Assembly (NCBI GenBank): GCA_964057225.1
Contig: OZ059894.1
Span: 20,212,001-20,276,000, forward strand
From: Auanema rhodensis
Taxonomy: Eukaryota > Animalia > Nematoda
DNA length: 64,000 bases
Direction of reading: 5' to 3'
Shown in pieces: positions 27,901 to 43,142 of the stretch. Both the position numbers and the translations under genes were made by a program. How positions within the stretch are numbered: the first letter of the stretch is position 1; each line of letters opens with the position of its first letter. The notes under the pieces are model-generated. The model was not told the DNA's origin and made no database searches. It was given only the letters and a program-made list of their open reading frames with translations.

Positions 27901-29467
27901 AATCTGATAACACAGATCGACGCAGCTTAAAAATCCGCATCGAATGCACTATACTACATTGATAAACAATCAATACAAAAATTAGTTATGATCGTTTGAA
28001 AAATGATGCATTAGTGTATGTTGAGTTTCCATGTACACTCAACATTGCTTCCAAAAACATTTTGACAAAAATTTTTTCGAAAAATTTCAAAATAATTTAG
28101 CAAAAAGTAGATGTTTTTAGATTCCTTTTTTCAAGGCAAAGACGATGGACAATGTTATTCAACGATAAAATTAATTCTTCAGGGTGAAAATCGAGGATAT
28201 AAGTGTGAACTTATATCAGTTGATATCTCGGTGCATTTTTAAGCTAGCGCAAATCTGATAACACAGATCGACGCAGCTTAAAAATCCGCATCGAATGCAT
28301 TATACTACATTGAGAAACGCTTAATACAAAAATTAGTTATGATCGTTTGAAAAATGATGCATTAGTGTATGTTGAGTTTCCATGTACACTCAACATTGCT
28401 TCCAAAAACATTTTGACAAAAATTTTTTCGAAAAATTTCATAATAATTTAGCAAAAAGTAGATGTTTTTAGATTCCTTTTTTCAAGACAAAGACGATGGA
28501 CAATGTTATTCAACGATAAAATCAATTCTTCAGGGTGAAAATCGAGGATATAAGTGTGAACTTATATCAGTTGATATCTCGGTGTATTTTCAAGCTAGCG
28601 CAAATCTGATAACACAGATCGACGCAGCTTAAAAATCCGCATCGAATGCACTATACTACATTGAGAAACGCTCAATACAAAAATTAGTTATGATCGTTTG
28701 AAAAATGATGCATTAGTGTATGTTGAGTTTCCATGTACACTCAACATTGCTTCCAAAAACATTTTGACAAAAATTTTTTCAAAAAATTTCAAAATAAATT
28801 AGCAAAAAGTAGATGTTTTTAGATTCCTTTTTTCAAGGCAAAGACGATGGACAATGTTATACAACGAAAAAATTAATTCTTCAGGGTGAAAATCGAGGAT
28901 ATAAGTGTGAACTTATATCAGTTGATATCTCGGTGCATTTTCAAGCTAGCGCAAATCTGATAACACAGATCGACGCAGCTTAAAAATCCGCATCGAATGC
29001 ACTATACTACATTGAGAAACGCTTAATACAAAAATTAGTTATGATCGTTTGAAAAATGATGCATTAGTGTATGTTGAGTTTCCATGTACACTCAACATTG
29101 CTTCCAAAAACATTTTGACAAAAATTTTTTCGAAAAATTTCAGAATAAATTAGCAAAAAGTAGATGTTTTTAGATTCCTTTTTTCAAGGCAAAGACGATG
29201 GCCAATGTTATTCAACGAAAAAATTAATTCTTCAGGGTGAAAATCGAGGATATAAGTGTGAACTTATATCAGTTGATATCTCGGTGCATTTTCAAGCTAG
29301 CGCAAATCTGATAACACAGATCGACGCAGCTTAAAAATCCGCATCGAATGCACTATACTACATTGAGAAACGCTTAATACAAAAATTAGTTATGATCGTT
29401 TGAAAAATGATGCATTAGTGTATGTTGAGTTTCCATGTACACTCAACATTGCTTCCAAAAACATTTT
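18242..29467 (+). repeat. Tandem duplication of a 16-monomer block (2 x 5613 bp)
   Basis: The private variants CTTATTTCAG (19446 and 25059) and GAGAAACAATC (20603 and 26216) are both offset by 5613 bp (16x351 minus 3). The order of the 16 monomer types is the same from 18242 and from 23855. The breakpoint is only locatable to within about 0.3 kb. Confidence 0.88.
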
Positions 29468-31571
29468 GACAAAAATTTTTTCGAAAAGTTTCAGAATAAT
29501 TTAGCAAAAAGTAGATGTTTTTAGATTCCTTTTTTCAAGGAAAAGACGATGGACAATGTTATTCAACGAAAAAATTAATTCTTCAGGGTGAAAATCGAGG
29601 ATATAAGTGTGAACTTATATCAGTTGATATCTCGGTGCATTTTCAAGCTAGCGCAAATCTGATAACACAGATCGACGCAGCTTAAAAATCCGCATCGAAT
29701 GCACTATACTACATTGAGAAACGCTCAATACAAAAATTAGTTATGATCGTTTGAAAAATGATGCATTAGTGTATGTTGAGTTTCCATGTACACTCAACAT
29801 TGCTTCCAAAAACATTTTGACAAAAAGTTTTTCGAAAAATTTCAAAATAATTTAGCAAAAAGTAGATGTTTTTAGATTCCTTTTTTCGAGGCAAAGACGA
29901 TGGACAATGTTATTCAACGATAAAATTAATTCTTCAGGGTGAAAATCGAGGATATAAGTGTGAACTTATATCAGTTGATATCTCGGTGCATTTTTAAGCT
30001 AGCGCAAATCTGATAACACAGATCGACGCAGCTTAAAAATCCGCATCGAATGCACTATACTACATTGAGAAACGCTCAATACAAAAATTAGTTATGATCG
30101 TTTGAAAAATGATGCATTAGTGTATGTTGAGTTTCCATGTACACTCAACATTGCTTCCAAAAACATTTTGACAAAAATTTTTTCGAAAAATTTCAAAATA
30201 ATTTAGCAAAAAGTAGATGTTTTTAGATTCCTTTTTTCAAGGCAAAAACGATGGACAATGTTATTCAACGATAAAATCAATTCTTCAGGGTGAAAATCGA
30301 GGATATAAGTGTGAACTTATATCAGTTGATATCTCGGTGTATTTTTAAGCTAGCGCAAATCTGATAACACAGATCGACGCAGCTTAAAAATCCGCATCGA
30401 ATGCACTATACTACATTGAGAAACGCTCAATACAAAAATTAGTTATGATCGTTTGAAAAATGATGCATTAAATGTTGAGTTTCCATGTACACTCAACATT
30501 GCTTCCAAAAACATTTTGACAAAAATTTTTTCGAAATATTTCAAGATAAATTAGCAAAAAGTAGATGTTTTTAGATTCCTTTTTTCAAGGCAAAGACGAT
30601 GGACAATGTTATTCAACGAAAAAATTAATTCTTCAGAGTGAAAATCGAGGATATAAGTGTGAACTTATATCAGTTGATATCTCGGTGCATTTTTAAGCTA
30701 GCGCAAATCTGATAACACAGATCGACGCAGCTTAAAAATTCGCATCGAATGCACTATACTACATTGAGAAACACTTAATACAAAAATTAGTTATGATCGT
30801 TTGAAAAATGATGCATTAGTGTATGTTGAGTTTCCATGTACACTCAACATTGCTTCCAAAAACATTTTGACAAAAATTTTTTTCAAAAAATTTCAAAATA
30901 AATTAGCAAAAAGTAGATGTTTTTAGATTCCTTTTTTCAAGGCAAAGACGATGGACAATGTTATTCAACAAAAAAATTAATTCTTCAGGGTGAAAATCGA
31001 GGATATAAGTGTGAACTTATATCAGTTGATATCTCGGTGCATTTTCAAGCTAGCGCAAATCTGATAACACAGATCGACGCAGCTTAAAAATCCGCATCGA
31101 ATGCACTATACTACATTGAGAAACGCTTAATACAAAAATTAGTTATGATCGTTTGAAAAATGATGCATTAGTGTATGTTGAGTTTCCATGTACACTCAAC
31201 ATTGCTTCCAAAAACATTTTGACAAAAATTTTTTCGAAAAATTTCAGAATAATTTAGCAAAAAGTAGATGTTTTTAGATTTCTTTTTTCAAGGCAAAGAC
31301 GATGGACAATGTTATTCAACGATAAAATCAATTCTTCAGGGTGAAAATCGAGGATATAAGTGTGAACTTATATCAGTTGATATCTCGGTGTATTTTTAAG
31401 CTAGCGCAAATCTGATAACACAGATCGACGCAGCGTAAAAATCCGCATCGAATGCACTATACTACATTGAGAAACGCTCAATACAAAAATTAGTTATGAT
31501 CGTTTGAAAAATGATGCATTAGTGTATGTTGAGTTTCCATGTACACTCAACATTGCTTCCAAAAACATTTT
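27362..31571 (+). repeat. 12-monomer block (7-mer HOR plus 5 further monomers), copy 1
   Basis: A-G followed by monomers with TTCGAGG, AAAAACG plus the 3-bp deletion, AGAGTG and AACACTT, an extra T, and GCAGCGTAAA (31435). Confidence 0.82.
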
Positions 31572-34500
31572 GACAAAAATTTTTTCGAAAAGTTTCAGAA
31601 TAATTTAGCAAAAAGTAGATGTTTTTAGATTCCTTTTTTCAAGGAAAAGACGATGGACAATGTTATTCAACGAAAAAATTAATTCTTCAGGGTGAAAATC
31701 GAGGATATAAGTGTGAACTTATATCAGTTGATATCTCAGTGCATTTTCAAGCTAGCGCAAATCTGATAACACAGATCGACGCAGCTTAAAAATCCGCATC
31801 GAATGCACTATACTACATTGAGAAACGCTCAATACAAAAATTAGTTATGATCGTTTGAAAAATGATGCATTAGTGTATGTTGAGTTTCCATGTACACTCA
31901 ACATTGCTTCCAAAAACATTTTGACAAAAATTTTTTCGAAAAATTTCAAAATAATTTAGCAAAAAGTAGATGTTTTTAGATTCCTTTTTTCAAGGCAAAG
32001 ACGATGGACAATGTTATTCAACGATAAAATTAATTCTTCAGGGTGAAAATCGAGGATATAAGTGTGAACTTATATCAGTTGATATCTCGGTGCATTTTTA
32101 AGCTAGCGCAAATCTGATAAAACAGATCGACGCAGCTTAAAAATTCGCATCGAATGCACTATACTACATTGAGAAACGCTTAATACAAAAATTAGTTATG
32201 ATCGTTTGAAAAATGATGCATTAGTGTATGTTGAGTTTCCATGTACACTCAACATTGCTTCCAGAAACATTTTGACAAAAATTTTTTCGAAAAATTTCAA
32301 GATAAATTAGCAAAAAGTAGATGTTTTTAGATTCCTTTTTTCAAGACAAAGACGATGGACAATGTTATTCAACGATAAAATCAATTCTTCAGGGTGAAAA
32401 TCGAGGATATAAGTGTGAACTTATATCAGTTGATATCTCGGTGCATTTTTAAGCTAGCGCAAATCTGATAACACAGATCGACGCAGCTTAAAAATCCGCA
32501 TCGAATGCACTATACTACATTGATAAACAATCAATACAAAAATTAGTTATGATCGTTTGAAAAATGATGCATTAGTGTATGTTGAGTTTCCATGTACACT
32601 CAACATTGCTTCCAAAAACATTTTGACAAAAATTTTTTCGAAAAATTTCAAAATAATTTAGCAAAAAGTAGATGTTTTTAGATTCCTTTTTTCAAGGCAA
32701 AGACGATGGACAATGTTATTCAACGATAAAATTAATTCTTCAGGGTGAAAATCGAGGATATAAGTGTGAACTTATATCAGTTGATATCTCGGTGCATTTT
32801 TAAGCTAGCGCAAATCTGATAACACAGATCGACGCAGCTTAAAAATCCGCATCGAATGCATTATACTACATTGAGAAACGCTTAATACAAAAATTAGTTA
32901 TGATCGTTTGAAAAATGATGCATTAGTGTATGTTGAGTTTCCATGTACACTCAACATTGCTTCCAAAAACATTTTGACAAAAATTTTTTCGAAAAGTTTC
33001 AGAATAATTTAGCAAAAAGTAGATGTTTTTAGATTCCTTTTTTCAAGGAAAAGACGATGGACAATGTTATTCAACGAAAAAATTAATTCTTCAGGGTGAA
33101 AATCGAGGATATAAGTGTGAACTTATATCAGTTGATATCTCGGTGCATTTTCAAGCTAGCGCAAATCTGATAACACAGATCGACGCAGCTTAAAAATCCG
33201 CATCGAATGCACTATACTACATTGAGAAACGCTCAATACAAAAATAAGTTATGATCGTTTGAAAAATGATGCATTAAATGTTGAGTTTCCATGTACACTC
33301 AACATTGCTTCCAAAAACATTTTGACAAAAATTTTTTCGAAAAATTTCAAAATAATTTAGCAAAAAGTAGATGTTTTTAGATTCCTTTTTTCAAGGCAAA
33401 GACGATGGACAATGTTATTCAACGATAAAATTAATTCTTCAGGGTGAAAATCGAGGATATAAGTGTGAACTTATATCAGTTGATATCTCGGTGCATTTTT
33501 AAGCTAGCGCAAATCTGATAAAACAGATCGACGCAGCTTAAAAATTCGCATCGAATGCACTATACTACATTGAGAAACGCTTAATACAAAAATTAGTTAT
33601 GATCGTTTGAAAAATGATGCATTAGTGTATGTTGAGTTTCCATGTACACTCAACATTGCTTCCAGAAACATTTTGACAAAAATTTTTTCGAAAAATTTCA
33701 AGATAAATTAGCAAAAAGTAGATGTTTTTAGATTCCTTTTTTCAAGACAAAGACGATGGACAATGTTATTCAACGATAAAATCAATTCTTCAGGGTGAAA
33801 ATCGAGGATATAAGTGTGAACTTATATCAGTTGATATCTCGGTGCATTTTTAAGCTAGCGCAAATCTGATAACACAGATCGACGCAGCTTAAAAATCCGC
33901 ATCGAATGCACTATACTACATTGATAAACAATCAATACAAAAATTAGTTATGATCGTTTGAAAAATGATGCATTAGTGTATGTTGAGTTTCCATGTACAC
34001 TCAACATTGCTTCCAAAAACATTTTGACAAAAATTTTTTCGAAAAATTTCAAAATAATTTAGCAAAAAGTAGATGTTTTTAGATTCCTTTTTTCAAGGCA
34101 AAGACGATGGACAATGTTATTCAACGATAAAATTAATTCTTCAGGGTGAAAATCGAGGATATAAGTGTGAACTTATATCAGTTGATATCTCGGTGCATTT
34201 TTAAGCTAGCGCAAATCTGATAAAACAGATCGACGCAGCTTAAAAATTCGCATCGAATGCACTATACTACATTGAGAAACGCTTAATACAAAAATTAGTT
34301 ATGATCGTTTGAAAAATGATGCATTAGTGTATGTTGAGTTTCCATGTACACTCAACATTGCTTCCAGAAACATTTTGACAAAAATTTTTTCGAAAAATTT
34401 CAAGATAAATTAGCAAAAAGTAGATGTTTTTAGATTCCTTTTTTCAAGACAAAGACGATGGACAATGTTATTCAACGATAAAATCAATTCTTCAGGGTGA

Positions 34501-35426
34501 AAATCGAGGATATAAGTGTGAACTTATATCAGTTGATATCTCGGTGCATTTTTAAGCTAGCGCAAATCTGATAACACAGATCGACGCAGCTTAAAAATCC
34601 GCATCGAATGCACTATACTACATTGATAAACAATCAATACAAAAATTAGTTATGATCGTTTGAAAAATGATGCATTAGTGTATGTTGAGTTTCCATGTAC
34701 ACTCAACATTGCTTCCAAAAACATTTTGACAAAAATTTTTTCGAAAAATTTCAAAATAATTTAGCAAAAAGTAGATGTTTTTAGATTCCTTTTTTCAAGG
34801 CAAAGACGATGGACAATGTTATTCAACGATAAAATTAATTCTTCAGGGTGAAAATCGAGGATATAAGTGTGAACTTATATCAGTTGATATCTCGGTGCAT
34901 TTTTAAGCTAGCGCAAATCTGATAACACAGATCGACGCAGCTTAAAAATCCGCATCGAATGCATTATACTACATTGAGAAACGCTTAATACAAAAATTAG
35001 TTATGATCGTTTGAAAAATGATGCATTAGTGTATGTTGAGTTTCCATGTACACTCAACATTGCTTCCAAAAACATTTTGACAAAAATTTTTTCGAAAAGT
35101 TTCAGAATAATTTAGCAAAAAGTAGATGTTTTTAGATTCCTTTTTTCAAGGAAAAGACGATGGACAATGTTATTCAACGAAAAAATTAATTCTTCAGGGT
35201 GAAAATCGAGGATATAAGTGTGAACTTATATCAGTTGATATCTCGGTGCATTTTCAAGCTAGCGCAAATCTGATAACACAGATCGACGCAGCTTAAAAAT
35301 CCGCATCGAATGCACTATACTACATTGAGAAACGCTCAATACAAAAATAAGTTATGATCGTTTGAAAAATGATGCATTAAATGTTGAGTTTCCATGTACA
35401 CTCAACATTGCTTCCAAAAACATTTT

Positions 35427-37883
35427 GACAAAAATTTTTTCGAAAAATTTCAAAATAATTTAGCAAAAAGTAGATGTTTTTAGATTCCTTTTTTCAAGGC
35501 AAAGACGATGGACAATGTTATTCAACGATAAAATTAATTCTTCAGGGTGAAAATCGAGGATATAAGTGTGAACTTATATCAGTTGATATCTCGGTGCATT
35601 TTTAAGCTAGCGCAAATCTGATAAAACAGATCGACGCAGCTTAAAAATTCGCATCGAATGCACTATACTACATTGAGAAACGCTTAATACAAAAATTAGT
35701 TATGATCGTTTGAAAAATGATGCATTAGTGTATGTTGAGTTTCCATGTACACTCAACATTGCTTCCAGAAACATTTTGACAAAAATTTTTTCGAAAAATT
35801 TCAAGATAAATTAGCAAAAAGTAGATGTTTTTAGATTCCTTTTTTCAAGACAAAGACGATGGACAATGTTATTCAACGATAAAATCAATTCTTCAGGGTG
35901 AAAATCGAGGATATAAGTGTGAACTTATATCAGTTGATATCTCGGTGCATTTTTAAGCTAGCGCAAATCTGATAACACAGATCGACGCAGCTTAAAAATC
36001 CGCATCGAATGCACTATACTACATTGATAAACAATCAATACAAAAATTAGTTATGATCGTTTGAAAAATGATGCATTAGTGTATGTTGAGTTTCCATGTA
36101 CACTCAACATTGCTTCCAAAAACATTTTGACAAAAATTTTTTCGAAAAATTTCAAAATAATTTAGCAAAAAGTAGATGTTTTTAGATTCCTTTTTTCAAG
36201 GCAAAGACGATGGACAATGTTATTCAACGATAAAATTAATTCTTCAGGGTGAAAATCGAGGATATAAGTGTGAACTTATATCAGTTGATATCTCGGTGCA
36301 TTTTTAAGCTAGCGCAAATCTGATAACACAGATCGACGCAGCTTAAAAATCCGCATCGAATGCATTATACTACATTGAGAAACGCTTAATACAAAAATTA
36401 GTTATGATCGTTTGAAAAATGATGCATTAGTGTATGTTGAGTTTCCATGTACACTCAACATTGCTTCCAAAAACATTTTGACAAAAATTTTTTCGAAAAA
36501 TTTCATAATAATTTAGCAAAAAGTAGATGTTTTTAGATTCCTTTTTTCAAGACAAAGACGATGGACAATGTTATTCAACGATAAAATCAATTCTTCAGGG
36601 TGAAAATCGAGGATATAAGTGTGAACTTATATCAGTTGATATCTCGGTGTATTTTCAAGCTAGCGCAAATCTGATAACACAGATCGACGCAGCTTAAAAA
36701 TCCGCATCGAATGCACTATACTACATTGAGAAACGCTCAATACAAAAATTAGTTATGATCGTTTGAAAAATGATGCATTAGTGTATGTTGAGTTTCCATG
36801 TACACTCAACATTGCTTCCAAAAACATTTTGACAAAAATTTTTTCAAAAAATTTCAAAATAAATTAGCAAAAAGTAGATGTTTTTAGATTCCTTTTTTCA
36901 AGGCAAAGACGATGGACAATGTTATACAACGAAAAAATTAATTCTTCAGGGTGAAAATCGAGGATATAAGTGTGAACTTATATCAGTTGATATCTCGGTG
37001 CATTTTCAAGCTAGCGCAAATCTGATAACACAGATCGACGCAGCTTAAAAATCCGCATCGAATGCACTATACTACATTGAGAAACGCTTAATACAAAAAT
37101 TAGTTATGATCGTTTGAAAAATGATGCATTAGTGTATGTTGAGTTTCCATGTACACTCAACATTGCTTCCAAAAACATTTTGACAAAAATTTTTTCGAAA
37201 AATTTCAGAATAAATTAGCAAAAAGTAGATGTTTTTAGATTCCTTTTTTCAAGGCAAAGACGATGGCCAATGTTATTCAACGAAAAAATTAATTCTTCAG
37301 GGTGAAAATCGAGGATATAAGTGTGAACTTATATCAGTTGATATCTCGGTGCATTTTCAAGCTAGCGCAAATCTGATAACACAGATCGACGCAGCTTAAA
37401 AATCCGCATCGAATGCACTATACTACATTGAGAAACGCTTAATACAAAAATTAGTTATGATCGTTTGAAAAATGATGCATTAGTGTATGTTGAGTTTCCA
37501 TGTACACTCAACATTGCTTCCAAAAACATTTTGACAAAAATTTTTTCGAAAAGTTTCAGAATAATTTAGCAAAAAGTAGATGTTTTTAGATTCCTTTTTT
37601 CAAGGAAAAGACGATGGACAATGTTATTCAACGAAAAAATTAATTCTTCAGGGTGAAAATCGAGGATATAAGTGTGAACTTATATCAGTTGATATCTCGG
37701 TGCATTTTCAAGCTAGCGCAAATCTGATAACACAGATCGACGCAGCTTAAAAATCCGCATCGAATGCACTATACTACATTGAGAAACGCTCAATACAAAA
37801 ATTAGTTATGATCGTTTGAAAAATGATGCATTAGTGTATGTTGAGTTTCCATGTACACTCAACATTGCTTCCAAAAACATTTT
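35427..37883 (+). repeat. 7-monomer HOR unit copy
   Basis: Same A-G marker order, 2457 bp long, followed by the TTCGAGG monomer as at 29819 and 45600. Confidence 0.83.
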
Positions 37884-40800
37884 GACAAAAAGTTTTTCGA
37901 AAAATTTCAAAATAATTTAGCAAAAAGTAGATGTTTTTAGATTCCTTTTTTCGAGGCAAAGACGATGGACAATGTTATTCAACGATAAAATTAATTCTTC
38001 AGGGTGAAAATCGAGGATATAAGTGTGAACTTATATCAGTTGATATCTCGGTGCATTTTTAAGCTAGCGCAAATCTGATAACACAGATCGACGCAGCTTA
38101 AAAATCCGCATCGAATGCACTATACTACATTGAGAAACGCTCAATACAAAAATTAGTTATGATCGTTTGAAAAATGATGCATTAGTGTATGTTGAGTTTC
38201 CATGTACACTCAACATTGCTTCCAAAAACATTTTGACAAAAATTTTTTCGAAAAATTTCAAAATAATTTAGCAAAAAGTAGATGTTTTTAGATTCCTTTT
38301 TTCAAGGCAAAAACGATGGACAATGTTATTCAACGATAAAATCAATTCTTCAGGGTGAAAATCGAGGATATAAGTGTGAACTTATATCAGTTGATATCTC
38401 GGTGTATTTTTAAGCTAGCGCAAATCTGATAACACAGATCGACGCAGCTTAAAAATCCGCATCGAATGCATTATACTACATTGAGAAACGCTTAATACAA
38501 AAATTAGTTATGATCGTTTGAAAAATGATGCATTAGTGTATGTTGAGTTTCCATGTACACTCAACATTGCTTCCAAAAACATTTTGACAAAAATTTTTTC
38601 GAAAAGTTTCAGAATAATTTAGCAAAAAGTAGATGTTTTTAGATTCCTTTTTTCAAGGAAAAGACGATGGACAATGTTATTCAACGAAAAAATTAATTCT
38701 TCAGGGTGAAAATCGAGGATATAAGTGTGAACTTATATCAGTTGATATCTCGGTGCATTTTCAAGCTAGCGCAAATCTGATAACACAGATCGACGCAGCT
38801 TAAAAATCCGCATCGAATGCACTATACTACATTGAGAAACGCTCAATACAAAAATTAGTTATGATCGTTTGAAAAATGATGCATTAAATGTTGAGTTTCC
38901 ATGTACACTCAACATTGCTTCCAAAAACATTTTGACAAAAATTTTTTCGAAAAATTTCAAAATAATTTAGCAAAAAGTAGATGTTTTTAGATTCCTTTTT
39001 TCAAGACAAAGACGATGGACAATGTTATTCAACGATAAAATCAATTCTTCAGGGTGAAAATCGAGGATATAAGTGTGAACTTATATCAGTTGATATCTCG
39101 GTGCATTTTTAAGCTAGCGCAAATCTGATAACACAGATCGACGCAGCTTAAAAATCCGCATCGAATGCACTATACTACATTGATAAACAATCAATACAAA
39201 AATTAGTTATGATCGTTTGAAAAATGATGCATTAGTGTATGTTGAGTTTCCATGTACACTCAACATTGCTTCCAAAAACATTTTGACAAAAATTTTTTCG
39301 AAAAATTTCAAAATAATTTAGCAAAAAGTAGATGTTTTTAGATTCCTTTTTTCAAGGCAAAGACGATGGACAATGTTATTCAACGATAAAATTAATTCTT
39401 CAGGGTGAAAATCGAGGATATAAGTGTGAACTTATATCAGTTGATATCTCGGTGCATTTTTAAGCTAGCGCAAATCTGATAACACAGATCGACGCAGCTT
39501 AAAAATCCGCATCGAATGCATTATACTACATTGAGAAACGCTTAATACAAAAATTAGTTATGATCGTTTGAAAAATGATGCATTAGTGTATGTTGAGTTT
39601 CCATGTACACTCAACATTGCTTCCAAAAACATTTTGACAAAAATTTTTTCGAAAAATTTCATAATAATTTAGCAAAAAGTAGATGTTTTTAGATTCCTTT
39701 TTTCAAGACAAAGACGATGGACAATGTTATTCAACGATAAAATCAATTCTTCAGGGTGAAAATCGAGGATATAAGTGTGAACTTATATCAGTTGATATCT
39801 CGGTGTATTTTCAAGCTAGCGCAAATCTGATAACACAGATCGACGCAGCTTAAAAATCCGCATCGAATGCACTATACTACATTGAGAAACGCTCAATACA
39901 AAAATTAGTTATGATCGTTTGAAAAATGATGCATTAGTGTATGTTGAGTTTCCATGTACACTCAACATTGCTTCCAAAAACATTTTGACAAAAATTTTTT
40001 CAAAAAATTTCAAAATAAATTAGCAAAAAGTAGATGTTTTTAGATTCCTTTTTTCAAGGCAAAGACGATGGACAATGTTATACAACGAAAAAATTAATTC
40101 TTCAGGGTGAAAATCGAGGATATAAGTGTGAACTTATATCAGTTGATATCTCGGTGCATTTTCAAGCTAGCGCAAATCTGATAACACAGATCGACGCAGC
40201 TTAAAAATCCGCATCGAATGCACTATACTACATTGAGAAACGCTTAATACAAAAATTAGTTATGATCGTTTGAAAAATGATGCATTAGTGTATGTTGAGT
40301 TTCCATGTACACTCAACATTGCTTCCAAAAACATTTTGACAAAAATTTTTTCGAAAAATTTCAGAATAAATTAGCAAAAAGTAGATGTTTTTAGATTCCT
40401 TTTTTCAAGGCAAAGACGATGGCCAATGTTATTCAACGAAAAAATTAATTCTTCAGGGTGAAAATCGAGGATATAAGTGTGAACTTATATCAGTTGATAT
40501 CTCGGTGCATTTTCAAGCTAGCGCAAATCTGATAACACAGATCGACGCAGCTTAAAAATCCGCATCGAATGCACTATACTACATTGAGAAACGCTTAATA
40601 CAAAAATTAGTTATGATCGTTTGAAAAATGATGCATTAGTGTATGTTGAGTTTCCATGTACACTCAACATTGCTTCCAAAAACATTTTGACAAAAATTTT
40701 TTCGAAAAGTTTCAGAATAATTTAGCAAAAAGTAGATGTTTTTAGATTCCTTTTTTCAAGGAAAAGACGATGGACAATGTTATTCAACGAAAAAATTAAT

Positions 40801-43142
40801 TCTTCAGGGTGAAAATCGAGGATATAAGTGTGAACTTATATCAGTTGATATCTCGGTGCATTTTCAAGCTAGCGCAAATCTGATAACACAGATCGACGCA
40901 GCTTAAAAATCCGCATCGAATGCACTATACTACATTGAGAAACGCTCAATACAAAAATTAGTTATGATCGTTTGAAAAATGATGCATTAGTGTATGTTGA
41001 GTTTCCATGTACACTCAACATTGCTTCCAAAAACATTTTGACAAAAATTTTTTCGAAAAATTTCAAAATAAATTAGCAAAAAGTAGATGTTTTTAGATTG
41101 CTTTTTTCAAGGCAAAGACGATGGACAATGTTATACAACGAAAAAATTAATTCTTCAGGGTGAAAATCGAGGATATAAGTGTGAACTTATATCAGTTGAT
41201 ATCTCGGTGCATTTTCAAGCTAGCGCAAATCTGATAACACAGATCGACGCAGCTTAAAAATCCGCATCGAATGCACTATACTACATTGAGAAACGCTTAA
41301 TACAAAAATTAGTTATGATCGTTTGAAAAATGATGCATTAGTGTATGTTGAGTTTCCATGTACACTCAACATTGCTTCCAAAAACATTTTGACAAAAATT
41401 TTTTCGAAAAATTTCAGAATAAATTAGCAAAAAGTAGATGTTTTTAGATTCCTTTTTTCAAGGCAAAGACGATGGCCAATGTTATTCAACGAAAAAATTA
41501 ATTCTTCAGGGTGAAAATCGAGGATATAAGTGTGAACTTATATCAGTTGATATCTCGGTGTATTTTTAAGCTAGCGCAAATCTGATAACACAGATCGACG
41601 CAGCTTAAAAATCCGCATCGAATGCACTATACTACATTGATAAACGCTTAATACAAAAATTAGTTATGATCGTTTGAAAAATGATGCATTAAATGTTGAG
41701 TTTCCATGTACACTCAACATTGCTTCCAAAAACATTTTGACAAAAATTTTTTCGAAAAATTTCAAGATAAATTAGCAAAAAGTAGATGTTTTTAGATTCC
41801 TTTTTTCAAGGCAAAGACGATGGACAATGTTATTCAACAAAAAAATTAATTCTTCAGGGTGAAAATCGAGGATATAAGTGTGAACTTATATCAGTTGATA
41901 TCTCGGTGCATTTTCAAGCTAGCGCAAATCTGATAACACAGATCGACGCAGCTTAAAAATCCGCATCGAATGCACTATACTACATTGAGAAACGCTTAAT
42001 ACAAAAATTAGTTATGATCGTTTGAAAAATGATGCATTAGTGTATGTTGAGTTTCCATGTACACTCAACATTGCTTCCAAAAACATTTTGACAAAAATTT
42101 TTTCGAAAAATTTCAAAATAATTTAGCAAAAAGTAGATGTTTTTAGATTCCTTTTTTCAAGGCAAAGACGATGGACAATGTTATTCAACGATAAAATTAA
42201 TTCTTCAGGGTGAAAATCGAGGATATAAGTGTGAACTTATATCAGTTGATATCTCGGTGCATTTTCAAGCTAGCGCAAATCTGATAAAACAGATCGACGC
42301 AGCTTAAAAATCCGCATCGAATGCACTATACTACATTGAGAAACGCTTAATACAAAAATTAGTTATGATCGTTTGAAAAATGATGCATTAGTGTATGTTG
42401 AGTTTCCATGTACACTCAACATTGCTTCCAGAAACATTTTGACAAAAATTTTTTCGAAAAATTTCAAGATAAATTAGCAAAAAGTAGATGTTTTTAGATT
42501 CCTTTTTTCAAGACAAAGACGATGGACAATGTTATTCAACGATAAAATCAATTCTTCAGGGTGAAAATCGAGGATATAAGTGTGAACTTATATCAGTTGA
42601 TATCTCGGTGCATTTTTAAGCTAGCGCAAATCTGATAACACAGATCGACGCAGCTTAAAAATCCGCATCGAATGCACTATACTACATTGATAAACAATCA
42701 ATACAAAAATTAGTTATGATCGTTTGAAAAATGATGCATTAGTGTATGTTGAGTTTCCATGTACACTCAACATTGCTTCCAAAAACATTTTGACAAAAAT
42801 TTTTTCGAAAAATTTCAAAATAATTTAGCAAAAAGTAGATGTTTTTAGATTCCTTTTTTCAAGGCAAAGACGATGGACAATGTTATTCAACGATAAAATT
42901 AATTCTTCAGGGTGAAAATCGAGGATATAAGTGTGAACTTATATCAGTTGATATCTCGGTGCATTTTCAAGCTAGCGCAAATCTGATAACACAGATCGAC
43001 GCAGCTTAAAAATCCGCATCGAATGCACTATACTACATTGAGAAACGCTTAATACAAAAATTAGTTATGATCGTTTGAAAAATGATGCATTAGTGTATGT
43101 TGAGTTTCCATGTACACTCAACATTGCTTCCAAAAACATTTT

